NCBI GenBank assembly: GCA_019245415.1
Contig: JAFARO010000016.1
Location: 31,389 to 95,388, forward strand
DNA length: 64,000 bases
Direction of reading: 5' to 3'
Origin: Alphaproteobacteria bacterium
Lineage (GTDB): Bacteria > Pseudomonadota > Alphaproteobacteria > Micropepsales > Micropepsaceae
Part shown: positions 27,474 through 36,256 of the stretch, piece after piece
Layout of the letters: the number at the start of each line of letters is the position of its first letter
Position numbering within the stretch: the first letter of the stretch is position 1
Program-made: the position numbers and the translations under genes
The notes under the pieces: generated by a model
Databases searched by the model: none
What the model was told of the DNA's origin: nothing
The model's input: only the letters and a program-made list of their open reading frames with translations

Positions 27474-28120
27474 GCGGGCGCTACCACGCGTTGTCGCAGT
27501 TGCCGGAAACGCTCCCGGTGTTCCCGCTTTCGGGCGTGCTGCTGCTGCCGCGCGGCCATCTGCCGCTGAACGTCTTCGAGCCGCGCTATCTGGCGATGGT
27601 GGACTTCGCCTTCTCGTCCACGCGGTTGATCGGCATGGTCCAGCCTTCCGAGCCCGAGGAGAAGACGCTGAAGCCCGCGCTGCACCCGGTCGGCTGCGCG
27701 GGACGGATCACGTCCTATCGCGAGAACGAGGACGGACGCTATCTCATCACGCTGACCGGCATCTGCCGATTCCGCTGCGAGGAGGAGATCGAGGCGGCCA
27801 CGCCGTTCCGCCAGCTGCGAGTGTCGTTTTCGGAGTTCGCCGGAGACCTGGAACCCGCCGACGATTCGGCTTTCCCGCGCGACCATCTGCTCCACGCGCT
27901 GAAAGGTTATCTTTCGCGCCGCGACCTCAAGGCGGATTGGCAGAGCGTGATGAACGCGCCGGCGGAGACGCTGGTGAATGCGCTGGCGATGCTTTGTCCC
28001 TTCGAGCCGGCGGAAAAACAGGCGCTGCTCGAAGCCAAGGGCTGGAGCGAGCGGGTGGCGATCCTGGTGGCACTGCTGGAAATGGCGGGCGCCGCGGCAG
28101 GGCCCGCATCGATCAACTGA
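27470..28120 (+). CDS. LON peptidase substrate-binding domain protein
   Basis: [22 protein letters not shown]; no AAA+/protease domain. Confidence 0.9.
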   Translation: MSGRYHALSQLPETLPVFPLSGVLLLPRGHLPLNVFEPRYLAMVDFAFSSTRLIGMVQPSEPEEKTLKPALHPVGCAGRITSYRENEDGRYLITLTGICRFRCEEEIEAATPFRQLRVSFSEFAGDLEPADDSAFPRDHLLHALKGYLSRRDLKADWQSVMNAPAETLVNALAMLCPFEPAEKQALLEAKGWSERVAILVALLEMAGAAAGPASIN

Positions 28121-28131
28121 CGGCAGGAGCC

Positions 28132-28323
28132 ATGGAACCCGATCCCAAGCTGCTGGAAATCCTGGTCTGCCCGGTGACCAAGGGGACGCTGGTCTATGAC
28201 CGCGAAGCGCGGGAGCTGATCAGCCGCAGCGCCGGCCTCGCCTATCCGATCCGCGACGGCATCCCGATCATGCTGAGCGAAGAAGCGCGCGAGCTGACGG
28301 AAGCGGAAAGAACCCAGCGATGA
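28132..28323 (+). CDS. Trm112/YcaR (UPF0434) family protein
   Basis: [27 protein letters not shown]. Confidence 0.92.
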   Translation: MEPDPKLLEILVCPVTKGTLVYDREARELISRSAGLAYPIRDGIPIMLSEEARELTEAERTQR

Positions 28324-28667
28324 CGCAAGCGGCGGAGCGCCCTTGGCCGCTGGAGCTGCGCCTCGATGCGGCCAAGACGACGCTGACGGTGAGCTTCGAC
28401 ACCGGCGAGCGCTTCGCGCTGCCGGCGGAATATCTGCGCGTCGAATCGCCGAGCGCCGAAGTGCAGGGTCATGGACCGGGGCAGAAGCAGATCGTCAGGG
28501 GAAAAGAACACGTCGCCATCGCGGCGCTCGAGCCGGTGGGCAACTACGCGGTCCGCATCCGCTTCGACGACGGCCACGACACCGGACTCTTCAGCTGGGA
28601 GTATCTCCTCGAGCTTGGGCGCGAGCACAAACAGCGCTGGGCGGCATACCGCAAGTCCACGGGCTGA
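28320..28667 (+). CDS. DUF971 (GBBH-like N-terminal) protein
   Basis: [40 protein letters not shown]. Confidence 0.9.
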   Translation: MTQAAERPWPLELRLDAAKTTLTVSFDTGERFALPAEYLRVESPSAEVQGHGPGQKQIVRGKEHVAIAALEPVGNYAVRIRFDDGHDTGLFSWEYLLELGREHKQRWAAYRKSTG

Positions 28668-28703
28668 TATAAGATTCGACCGACTTCACCGGCTAGGACC
28701 TTG

Positions 28704-29162
28704 ATGCTTCGCACCGATCACATCGTGTTTCCGGTCTGGAACGCGAAGGCGAGCCTGGCCTTCTATCGCAACGTTCTGGGCTTGAAACTCGTGAACGCAA
28801 TCAGCGGCCCGGATTGGGGCGGCTATCCGTGGCTGATGATCGTGCTTGCGACCGCAGACGGGCGCGAGATCGTGCTGGTCAGTCTCAAAGGCGCCAAGCG
28901 GCCGCGGAAGGGCAAGCTCGCGCGCGACGTCCGGCACCTGGCGTTTTCGGAGACCTCGGTGGCGAAACTCGAGGGCTGGCGCCGCAAACTCGCCGCCGCC
29001 AAGGTGGCGTTCTGGGAAGAGAAGCACGGCGCCCAGCACTCCGTGTACTTCGAGGATCCCAACGGCGTGGTTCTCGAGATCACGGCGCCGCCGACGCGCG
29101 TTCCGCGGCGCGAGAATGCAGCCGCGCTGGCGGCCGCCTCACGCTGGATCGCTGCTTCGTGA
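28704..29162 (+). CDS. VOC/glyoxalase family protein
   Basis: DHIVF, FYRNVLGL, RHLAF, SVYFEDPNGVVLEI. Confidence 0.88.
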   Translation: MLRTDHIVFPVWNAKASLAFYRNVLGLKLVNAISGPDWGGYPWLMIVLATADGREIVLVSLKGAKRPRKGKLARDVRHLAFSETSVAKLEGWRRKLAAAKVAFWEEKHGAQHSVYFEDPNGVVLEITAPPTRVPRRENAAALAAASRWIAAS

Positions 29163-30094
29163 GCGAAGCGGACAAACAGCCGGCCTTGCCGCCCTCGCCC
29201 GCGTTCCGGCCCGGAACGTTGCGCGACCGCGAGCGCGTTGCCATCGTTCGCGGCCAGGACGGTGGACGCTACACCGACATCTATCATGCGGTGCTGCGCG
29301 TGCCCTGGTGGGCGTTCTTCTTGGGGTTGGCTGCGGCGTTCGCCGCCGTCAACGCCGTCTTCGCGCTTCTCTACCTCGTGGACCGCGGCGGCATCGAGCA
29401 TGCGCGGCCGGGAAATTTCTGGGACGCGTTCGTGTTCAGCGCCCAGACCATGGGCTCGATCAACTACAGCGTCATGGTGCCGAAATCGGCATACGTGAAT
29501 CTGCTGGTAATCTTCGAGGCGTTCGCGGGCTACGTCGTGCTGGCGCTGTTCACCGGCATGATCTTCGCCCGCTTCTCGCGGCCCTTCGCGCGCATGATAT
29601 TTTCGCGCGTCGCGGTCATCGCGCCGTTCGACGGCGTTCCGACCTTGATGTTCCGCGCCGCCAACCAGCGCGGCAACCAGGTGCTCGACGCGTCCGTGCG
29701 AGTGACTTTGGCCCAGCAGCACCGCAGCCTCGAAGGGCTGGTGATGCGCCGCTTCCAGGAATTGGAGCTGGTGCGCTCGCGCACCTCGCTGTTCGCGCTG
29801 TCCTGGACCATCATGCACAGGATCGACGCGACAAGCCCGCTGCACGGCGTTTCCGACCAGGACATGGCCGAGCGCCAGATGGAGATCGTCGTGCTGCTGT
29901 CGGGATCGGATGCGACCATGGCGGAGACGATCTACGCGCGCCATTCCTATGCGCCGTCCGACATCCTGCGCGGCCATCACTTCGTCGATGTTCTCGGAGT
30001 GACGCCCAAAGGCGTGCGGATGGTCGATCTGACCCGCTTCCACGATACGGTTCCGGTGGAGGGCCTGCCACAGACGAACCCGCAGCAGGACTGA
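29159..30094 (+). CDS. KirBac-like inward-rectifier channel with non-canonical filter
   Basis: Slide helix DIYHAVL, TM1, pore helix FWDAFVFSAQT, TM2 ...FARFSRP, TLMFRAANQR, SWTIMHRIDATSPL, ARHSY, FVDV, RFHD. Confidence 0.9.
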   Translation: MSEADKQPALPPSPAFRPGTLRDRERVAIVRGQDGGRYTDIYHAVLRVPWWAFFLGLAAAFAAVNAVFALLYLVDRGGIEHARPGNFWDAFVFSAQTMGSINYSVMVPKSAYVNLLVIFEAFAGYVVLALFTGMIFARFSRPFARMIFSRVAVIAPFDGVPTLMFRAANQRGNQVLDASVRVTLAQQHRSLEGLVMRRFQELELVRSRTSLFALSWTIMHRIDATSPLHGVSDQDMAERQMEIVVLLSGSDATMAETIYARHSYAPSDILRGHHFVDVLGVTPKGVRMVDLTRFHDTVPVEGLPQTNPQQD

Positions 30095-30121
30095 GACTTC
30101 TCCGCGCGCCGTGCCGCCGCC

Positions 30122-30442
30122 TCAGGCCCCTTTGTCCTTGTGCTCCTCTTCCTGCTCGATTTTTGTGATCGGCGCGGTGGTGAAGAGGTATTCCTTGAGC
30201 TCCTTGTCGAAGCGCGGTTCGTGGCGGCGGATCCATTCGAGCACCATGGCGGCGTGCTCGATCTCCTCATTGGCGTTGTGATTGAGGATCGCCTTGAGGT
30301 CCGGGTCGTCGGTATCGTCGGCGCGCTGACGGTACCAATCCACCGCCTCAAGCTCCTCCATCAGCGAGGTGATGGCGTAGTGCAGATGCAGCGTCTTGCG
30401 GCTCAACCGCTCGCGCGGGACATGAAGAACTTCGCTGGACAT
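30122..30442 (-). CDS. Encapsulin-cargo-type ferritin-like protein (EncFtn family)
   Basis: SLMEELEAVDWYRQR and HNANEEIEHAAMVLEWIRR ferroxidase motifs. Confidence 0.9.
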   Translation of the reverse strand: MSSEVLHVPRERLSRKTLHLHYAITSLMEELEAVDWYRQRADDTDDPDLKAILNHNANEEIEHAAMVLEWIRRHEPRFDKELKEYLFTTAPITKIEQEEEHKDKGA

Positions 30443-30493
30443 GGAATTTCCTTCCTTTGCGGTGGCAACGATACGGATTCGCCGCCGCCTCGA

Positions 30494-31462
30494 CTAGCAC
30501 TCCAGCACGACTTTTCCGATGGCCTGGCGCGACGAAAGCAGCCGCATCGCGTCCACGGCTTTGTCGAGCGGCAGCCGCGCGCCGACATGGGGCTTGAGTT
30601 TTCCTTGCGCCAGCAGCGCGTCGATGGCGGCGATGTTCTCGCGGCCCTGTTGCGGGAAGCGCCGGCCATATTCTCCCGCGCGCAGTCCCATCAGCGAGAA
30701 TCCCTTGATCAGCGCGAGGTTCACCGGCAAGACCGGAATGCGTCCGCCGGCGAATCCGACCGCCACGAGCCGGCCCCCGAAGGCGATGCAATGCGTCGAT
30801 TCGTCGAAGACGTCGCCACCGACGGGATCGTAGATCACGTCGGCGCCCCTGCCGCCGGTCAAGGCCTTCACCGAGTCGCGGAAGCCGTCCGGCGCGAGGA
30901 CGTGCTCCACGCCATAATCCTCGAGGAAGCGCCGCTTGTCCGGCGTCGATGCGGTCGCGATGACGTTGGCTCCGAGGACGCGGGCAAGATCGACGGCGGC
31001 CAGCCCGACGCCGCCCGCCGCGCCATGCACCAGCAGCCACTCGCCTTGCCCGATCGCGGCGCGGCGCACGAGGCCGACATACGCGGTCAAATACGCGGCG
31101 GTGAAGGCGGCCGCGACTGCATCGTCGACACCTTTCGGAATCGCGCGCACCCGCGCCGCCTCGGCTTGCACCTCTTCGGCAAAACAGCCCAGCGCGCTCA
31201 CCATCACGCGCATTCCGGGCGCCAAGGCCTCCACTTCTTCGCCCACAGCCACGATCTCGCCGGCGCCTTCCATGCCAGGCGTGAAGGGAAGCTGCGGCTT
31301 GTGCTGATAGAGACCCTGCACCATCAGCACATCGGGGAAATTGACGGCCGCGGCATGGAGCCGAATCCGCACCTGGCCGGGGCCTGGCGGCGGCAGGCTG
31401 ACCGTCTCGAACGCAAGGCCGTCAAGGCCCGCACTGAGACTGCGGCAGACCAGAGCCTTCAT
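30494..31462 (-). CDS. NADPH:quinone oxidoreductase family (MDR)
   Basis: AVNFPD, PFTPGME, GAAGGVG, DPVGG. Confidence 0.92.
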   Translation of the reverse strand: MKALVCRSLSAGLDGLAFETVSLPPPGPGQVRIRLHAAAVNFPDVLMVQGLYQHKPQLPFTPGMEGAGEIVAVGEEVEALAPGMRVMVSALGCFAEEVQAEAARVRAIPKGVDDAVAAAFTAAYLTAYVGLVRRAAIGQGEWLLVHGAAGGVGLAAVDLARVLGANVIATASTPDKRRFLEDYGVEHVLAPDGFRDSVKALTGGRGADVIYDPVGGDVFDESTHCIAFGGRLVAVGFAGGRIPVLPVNLALIKGFSLMGLRAGEYGRRFPQQGRENIAAIDALLAQGKLKPHVGARLPLDKAVDAMRLLSSRQAIGKVVLEC

Positions 31463-32112
31463 CCGCCGGGCGCCGCCGCCCTCTTGTGCGGCAGGGTGCG
31501 GATGCCGCCGAGGAAGAGCTGGGTCGCGAACACCGCGGCACCGGCCGGATCTGGCACCTCGCGCCGCATCATGCTTTCGGCGACCTCGAAAGCCACCCCC
31601 GCGATCGCCGCCATCAGGTAATCGGCATCGACGGGCGCGAACATGCCGCGCGCCATCGCGGTCTCGATGTCCTCGCGCAATTCGTCGAAGCCCGCGATCA
31701 CCTCGGGCGTGTCGACGCGGACGCGCGTCGTATCGGCGCTATGGCGGATCGTGCGGAAGTCGATGCGGTCGCTGGCGACGAATTCGAAGAACGTGCGGAA
31801 GGTGCCGGAGATGAACTCCTCGACCGTGGTCGCCTTCATGCGCTCTTCGCGCAGCAGCGGGCGGATGGCGAGCGCGACCTCGTCGCGGATTGCCTGGTAG
31901 ATCTCCTCTTTCGACTTGAAATAATTGTAGAAAGTGCCCGAGGCCAGCGGCGTGGCCCGTATGATGTCGCGCACGGTTGCGGCGCCATAGCCCATTTCGG
32001 CAAAGACGCCGCGCGCCGCGTCCAGGATCAGCTGGCGGTTCTGGGCCTTGGTCTGCTCGCGCTTTCCGGCGCTGTTGCGGCGCGGCGCGGGCGTGGGGAT
32101 GGCGGTATCCAT
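31459..32112 (-). CDS. TetR family regulator
   Basis: ILDAARGVF, TVRDII, GTFYNYFKSKE. Confidence 0.93.
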   Translation of the reverse strand: MDTAIPTPAPRRNSAGKREQTKAQNRQLILDAARGVFAEMGYGAATVRDIIRATPLASGTFYNYFKSKEEIYQAIRDEVALAIRPLLREERMKATTVEEFISGTFRTFFEFVASDRIDFRTIRHSADTTRVRVDTPEVIAGFDELREDIETAMARGMFAPVDADYLMAAIAGVAFEVAESMMRREVPDPAGAAVFATQLFLGGIRTLPHKRAAAPGG

Positions 32113-32175
32113 GAGAGTCTCCGCAGGGGAGGCACTCTATCGATCCGTGACGAACCGTCAACTTTTGCGTCGAGG

Positions 32176-32568
32176 CTAGTTCCAGCGCCCGCCGGCGATG
32201 CTGATCCGCCCGGGACCCATCAAGGCGATCGCGATAGCGCCCAAGAGGAACGCCGCTTCGAGTTCGAGGGCATAGCCGCCCATGGGATTGAGCATCGCAA
32301 TCCTGTCCATGCCTGCCAGCGCCACCGCAACGATCATGTTGACCGCGATCAGCAGCGCCCCCACCCGCGCGAAGAGCCCGAGCAGCACCATTGCCGGCGC
32401 CACGATCTCGCCGAGATAGACCCCGTAGCCCAGCATGGCCGGAAGATTGTGCGCGGCGAGCATCGCCTCGATGCCGGATATGCCCGTCAAAAGCTTGTGC
32501 ACGCCATGCGCCATGATGAGGCCCGCCACCATCACGCGCAGCACGAGTTTACCGAGATCTTCCTGCAT
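32176..32568 (-). CDS. DoxX family membrane protein
   Basis: LRVMVAGLIMAHGVHK, GEIVAP, GPGRIS. Confidence 0.9.
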   Translation of the reverse strand: MQEDLGKLVLRVMVAGLIMAHGVHKLLTGISGIEAMLAAHNLPAMLGYGVYLGEIVAPAMVLLGLFARVGALLIAVNMIVAVALAGMDRIAMLNPMGGYALELEAAFLLGAIAIALMGPGRISIAGGRWN

Positions 32569-32645
32569 CGAACGCCCCCGCCGACAACATTGGCGCGCAG
32601 CTTAGCGCAGTGCCGGCACGGCGGCGAGTGTGGCTTGCGTTTACC

Positions 32646-33713
32646 CTAATGGCGCGCGGCGGTTTCCGCGCGAACTGCCGCAGCGACGGCATCCTGGACG
32701 CGAGAATACCCGTCGCGCGCGAGCAATGCACAAAGCTCGCGCTTGATGTCCCGCAGCAGCGCCGGGCCGCGATAGGCGAGCGCCGTATAAAGCTGCACCA
32801 GACTGGCGCCCGCGCGGATCTTCTCGTAGGCATCGGCACCGCTTGCGACACCGCCCGCACCGACCAGAGTGAGCCGCGTCCCCAGCCTCGCACGCATGTC
32901 CTTCAGAACTTGCGTTGAGGGCGCCATCAGCGGCTTGCCGGACAATCCTCCCTGCTCCTTCGCTGCGCGGCTCTTCAGCGTCGCTGGGCGTGCGATCGTC
33001 GTGTTGGAGACGATCAACCCATCGATGCCGGCGGCGAGCACGACAGCGGCGATGTCGTCCATCGCCGTCGCATCGAGGTCCGGCGCGATCTTGAGGAGCA
33101 GAGGGGTGTGCAGCCCGAGCCGGCGGCGCAGCATCGTCAGCTCGCCCAGCAGCCGTGCGAGCTCGTCGCGGTTCTGCAATCCCCGCAGACCCGGCGTATT
33201 GGGCGAAGAGACGTTGACAGCGATGTAGCTTGCGAGCGGCGCCAGCACTTCGAAGCCTTTTGCGTAATCGGAGATGCGATCGACGGAGTCCTTGTTGGCG
33301 CCGATATTGAGGCCGACGATGCCGTGCGCTTGCTTCTTGCGCAGCCGCGCCGCCGCGGCGTCCATGCCGCGATTGTTGAAGCCCATGCGGTTGATCACCG
33401 CCTCGTCTTCGGGCAAGCGGAAAAGACGCGGCTTGGGATTGCCCGCTTGCGGGCGCGGCGTGATCGTGCCGCATTCGACGAAGCCGAAGCCCCATTTCAG
33501 CATCGCCGCCGGCACTTCGGCGTCCTTGTCGAAGCCGGCCGCAAGCCCGATGGGATTGGGAAAGTCGAGCCCGAACGCCTGGACCGCCAGGCGCGGATCG
33601 TCTGCCGCCGGCCCCGATAGCAGCGGCGATGCAGCTCTCACCAAGCGCACGGTCAAGCGATGCGCGGTCTCCGCAGGCAGCAGACGCAGCAGGCCGGTCG
33701 CGGCATCGAGCAT
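32646..33713 (-). CDS. pyrD: Dihydroorotate dehydrogenase (quinone)
   Basis: PAETAH, NPIGLAAGFDK, NRMGFNN, NVSSPNTPGLR, KIAPDL, GGLSG. Confidence 0.96.
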   Translation of the reverse strand: MLDAATGLLRLLPAETAHRLTVRLVRAASPLLSGPAADDPRLAVQAFGLDFPNPIGLAAGFDKDAEVPAAMLKWGFGFVECGTITPRPQAGNPKPRLFRLPEDEAVINRMGFNNRGMDAAAARLRKKQAHGIVGLNIGANKDSVDRISDYAKGFEVLAPLASYIAVNVSSPNTPGLRGLQNRDELARLLGELTMLRRRLGLHTPLLLKIAPDLDATAMDDIAAVVLAAGIDGLIVSNTTIARPATLKSRAAKEQGGLSGKPLMAPSTQVLKDMRARLGTRLTLVGAGGVASGADAYEKIRAGASLVQLYTALAYRGPALLRDIKRELCALLARDGYSRVQDAVAAAVRAETAARH

Positions 33714-33754
33714 GGCGTGGTTCTGCACCGAGTCGGGCTTTCGCAAAACGGCGC

Positions 33755-33796
33755 TTGCGGGTTCGCGCGCATTCGGCCTATTGTAGGAATTATTCC
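33755..33796 (+). promoter_or_regulatory. Putative promoter plus palindromic operator for S24 repressor
   Basis: TTGCGG-N18-TATTGT immediately followed by GGAATTATTCC (33786-33796). Confidence 0.45.
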
Positions 33797-33822
33797 CGCT
33801 ATTCCGGACGAAGTTCTTAACA

Positions 33823-34449
33823 ATGCTGACACATAAGCAGATTTGGACCGCGATCGACGCGCTGGCCGCCCGTAACGGCCTTTCGGCCTCGGGCCTGGCC
33901 AAACTCGCCGGTCTCGACCCGACGACCTTCAACAAGAGCAAGCGCGGCAATGCGGAGGGCAAGCTGCGCTGGCCCTCGACCGAAAGCCTGTCGAAGATCC
34001 TGGCGGCGACCGCGACCGGTTTCGACGATTTCGTCGCCCTGGTGGAGAACCGCGCAGCCAAAGTGCGCATGGTGCCGCTGATCGGACTTGCGCAGGCCGG
34101 TGCCGGCGGCTTCTTCGACGATGCGGGGTTTCCGGCGGGCAATGGCTGGGAGGAGATCGCCTTCCCCGATGCCGCAGACGAGCATGCCTATGCGCTCGAG
34201 ATCAGCGGCGAGTCGATGCTGCCGGTGTACCGCGACGGCGACCGCATCGTCGTCTCGCCGACGATGGCGCCGAGGCGCGGCGACCGCGTGGTGGTCAAGA
34301 CACAGGCCGGCGAGGTGATGGCCAAGCTGCTCTGGCGCATGACGGCGCAGCGCGTCGAACTCAAATCGCTCAATCCTGCCTATGAGGATCGCAGCTTCGC
34401 GCTTGGCGAGATCGTATTCGTCCACCGCATCATCTGGGCGAGCCAGTAA
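33823..34449 (+). CDS. HTH + S24 peptidase (LexA/CI-like) transcriptional regulator
   Basis: SGLAKLAGLDPTTFNKSKR HTH; SGESM (Ser) and VMAK (Lys). Confidence 0.9.
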   Translation: MLTHKQIWTAIDALAARNGLSASGLAKLAGLDPTTFNKSKRGNAEGKLRWPSTESLSKILAATATGFDDFVALVENRAAKVRMVPLIGLAQAGAGGFFDDAGFPAGNGWEEIAFPDAADEHAYALEISGESMLPVYRDGDRIVVSPTMAPRRGDRVVVKTQAGEVMAKLLWRMTAQRVELKSLNPAYEDRSFALGEIVFVHRIIWASQ

Positions 34450-34677
34450 CGCGGTCGGGGTGGCGCCGACCGACCGTCGATCGCGAACCACGAACTATTT
34501 TTGATTTTCACTACCGCCTTGCGCATTTCCGCTCACGCGAATTTGTCGGAAGCGGTAGCGAAAACGGCGTCGTTGCGACAGGTTGAGCAAACTTTTCACT
34601 GCGAAGTGATCTTTGTCGCGAAGCGGCGGCGAAGCGCATCGTTATGATGCGGCGCTTGCGAAGCGAGACCAGATGAA

Positions 34678-35994
34678 ATGATGGCGGAGTCGGCGGCGTG
34701 CGCGCCGGGTGTGGATTCGCGCGTGCGCGCTCTGATAGGACAGGCGCGCCAGCTGCGGGAGCGCGGGCGGCCGCACGAGGCGGAGCCTTTGCTGCGCCAA
34801 GCCGAGCGCGAGGCACCCCGCCATCCGTTGGTGCTGAACGAATTCGCGGCGCGCCTTTTCGCCAAGGGCAATGTCGGCGCGTCCCTCACACTTCTCGAGC
34901 AGGCCGCGCGCGCGGAACCGGACGATGCGGAGATCCTGCACAATCTCATGCGGGCTCTTGAAGCCTTGGGCCGCCACGACGAGGCGCTCGCGGCGTGCGA
35001 GCGGCTGCTGGTCCTCAATCCGCGCCATCTTCCAGGCCTGCTGGCAAAGGCTGCGCTGCAGGAGACGCTGGGGCGTCCGCGCGATGCCGCCATCACCTAT
35101 CGCACCGCGCTGCAATTGATCCCGCCGGCGATTTCGCCGCCGCCGTCGCTCGCGCCGGCTCTGGAACATGCGCGCCGCGCCATCGAGGACAATAATCGCG
35201 CGCTGGAGAGCTATATCGGGGAGGGCTTGGCCCATATCCGCGCGCGCTTCGCCGACGAGCCGCTTTCGCGTTTCGATCAATGCGTCGACACCCTGCTGCA
35301 GAAACGGCGCATCTTCCGTCAGCAGCCGACCTTCCTCTACTTTCCCGAACTTCCCGCGATCGAGTTCTACGACCGCCGCCTGTTTCCCTGGCTCGACGGA
35401 CTGGAGGCGGCGGCCGACGACATCCGGCGCGAGCTCGTGGCGGTGCTGTCGGACGGCGCGGGCGTCCTCGATCCCTATGTCGCCGATCCCAACGGCATGC
35501 CGATGGAGCAGTGGCGCGAGCTCAACAATTCGCGCCGCTGGGGCGTCTACGCGCTGTGGCGCGAAGGACGTCCCTATGCCGAGCATATCGCGCGCTGTCC
35601 CCGCACGGTCGAGGCGTTGGAGGATTGGCCGCGCTGGGACATTCCCGGCAACGGCCCCACCGCGCTGTTCTCGATCCTGGATGCCAAGACCCGCATCCCG
35701 CCGCATACCGGACCGGTCAACACGCGGCTCGTCGTGCATCTGCCGCTGATCGTGCCGCCCGGCTGTGGCTTCCGCGTCGGCGGTCAGGAGCGTCAGTGGC
35801 AGCCGGGCAAGGCTTTCGTCTTCGACGATTCCATCAATCACGAAGCCTGGAACGACAGCGACCTGCCGCGCGCGATCCTGATCCTCGACACCTGGAGCCC
35901 GTATCTCAGCGATGCCGAACGCGCATTGACCCGCGCGCTGACCGAACGCATCGGCGAGTGGTACGGCACCATGTCCAACAGCCGCGGGATTTGA
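34678..35994 (+). CDS. TPR + aspartyl/asparaginyl beta-hydroxylase domain protein
   Basis: N-terminal TPR-like repeats; IPPHTG, HLPLIVP, FDDSINHEAWN, ILDTW. Confidence 0.88.
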   Translation: MMAESAACAPGVDSRVRALIGQARQLRERGRPHEAEPLLRQAEREAPRHPLVLNEFAARLFAKGNVGASLTLLEQAARAEPDDAEILHNLMRALEALGRHDEALAACERLLVLNPRHLPGLLAKAALQETLGRPRDAAITYRTALQLIPPAISPPPSLAPALEHARRAIEDNNRALESYIGEGLAHIRARFADEPLSRFDQCVDTLLQKRRIFRQQPTFLYFPELPAIEFYDRRLFPWLDGLEAAADDIRRELVAVLSDGAGVLDPYVADPNGMPMEQWRELNNSRRWGVYALWREGRPYAEHIARCPRTVEALEDWPRWDIPGNGPTALFSILDAKTRIPPHTGPVNTRLVVHLPLIVPPGCGFRVGGQERQWQPGKAFVFDDSINHEAWNDSDLPRAILILDTWSPYLSDAERALTRALTERIGEWYGTMSNSRGI

Positions 35995-36026
35995 GGAGTG
36001 CAACAATCTGACTGGCTTATCTATAT

Positions 36027-36250
36027 GCGTCATCCTGAGGTGCCCGCGCGCGTGCTTCGAGGTGGGATGCAGCCCTGAGCGAGCGTCATCCTTCGAGGCT
36101 CGCTGTCACCCTGAGCGAGCGTCATCCTTCGAGGCTCGCTACGCTCGCACCTCAGGATGACGCGAGACGAAGGGCGCTCGCACCTCAGGATGACGCGAGA
36201 CGAAGGGCGCGCGCACCTCAGCATGACGCGGGCGGGCCTCGAAGGATGAC
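36027..36250. repeat. Composite REP array with internal tandem units
   Basis: 36-nt unit x2 and 33-nt unit x2 plus a variant; homolog of 377-529. Confidence 0.88.
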
Positions 36251-36256
36251 CGCCAA

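Noticed and set aside
33823-34449. Prophage
   Set aside because: A lone CI-like repressor next to pyrD with no integrase, structural or replication genes.
36027-36250. CRISPR array
   Set aside because: Repeats are directly tandem 33/36-nt units without unique spacers, and no cas genes are present.
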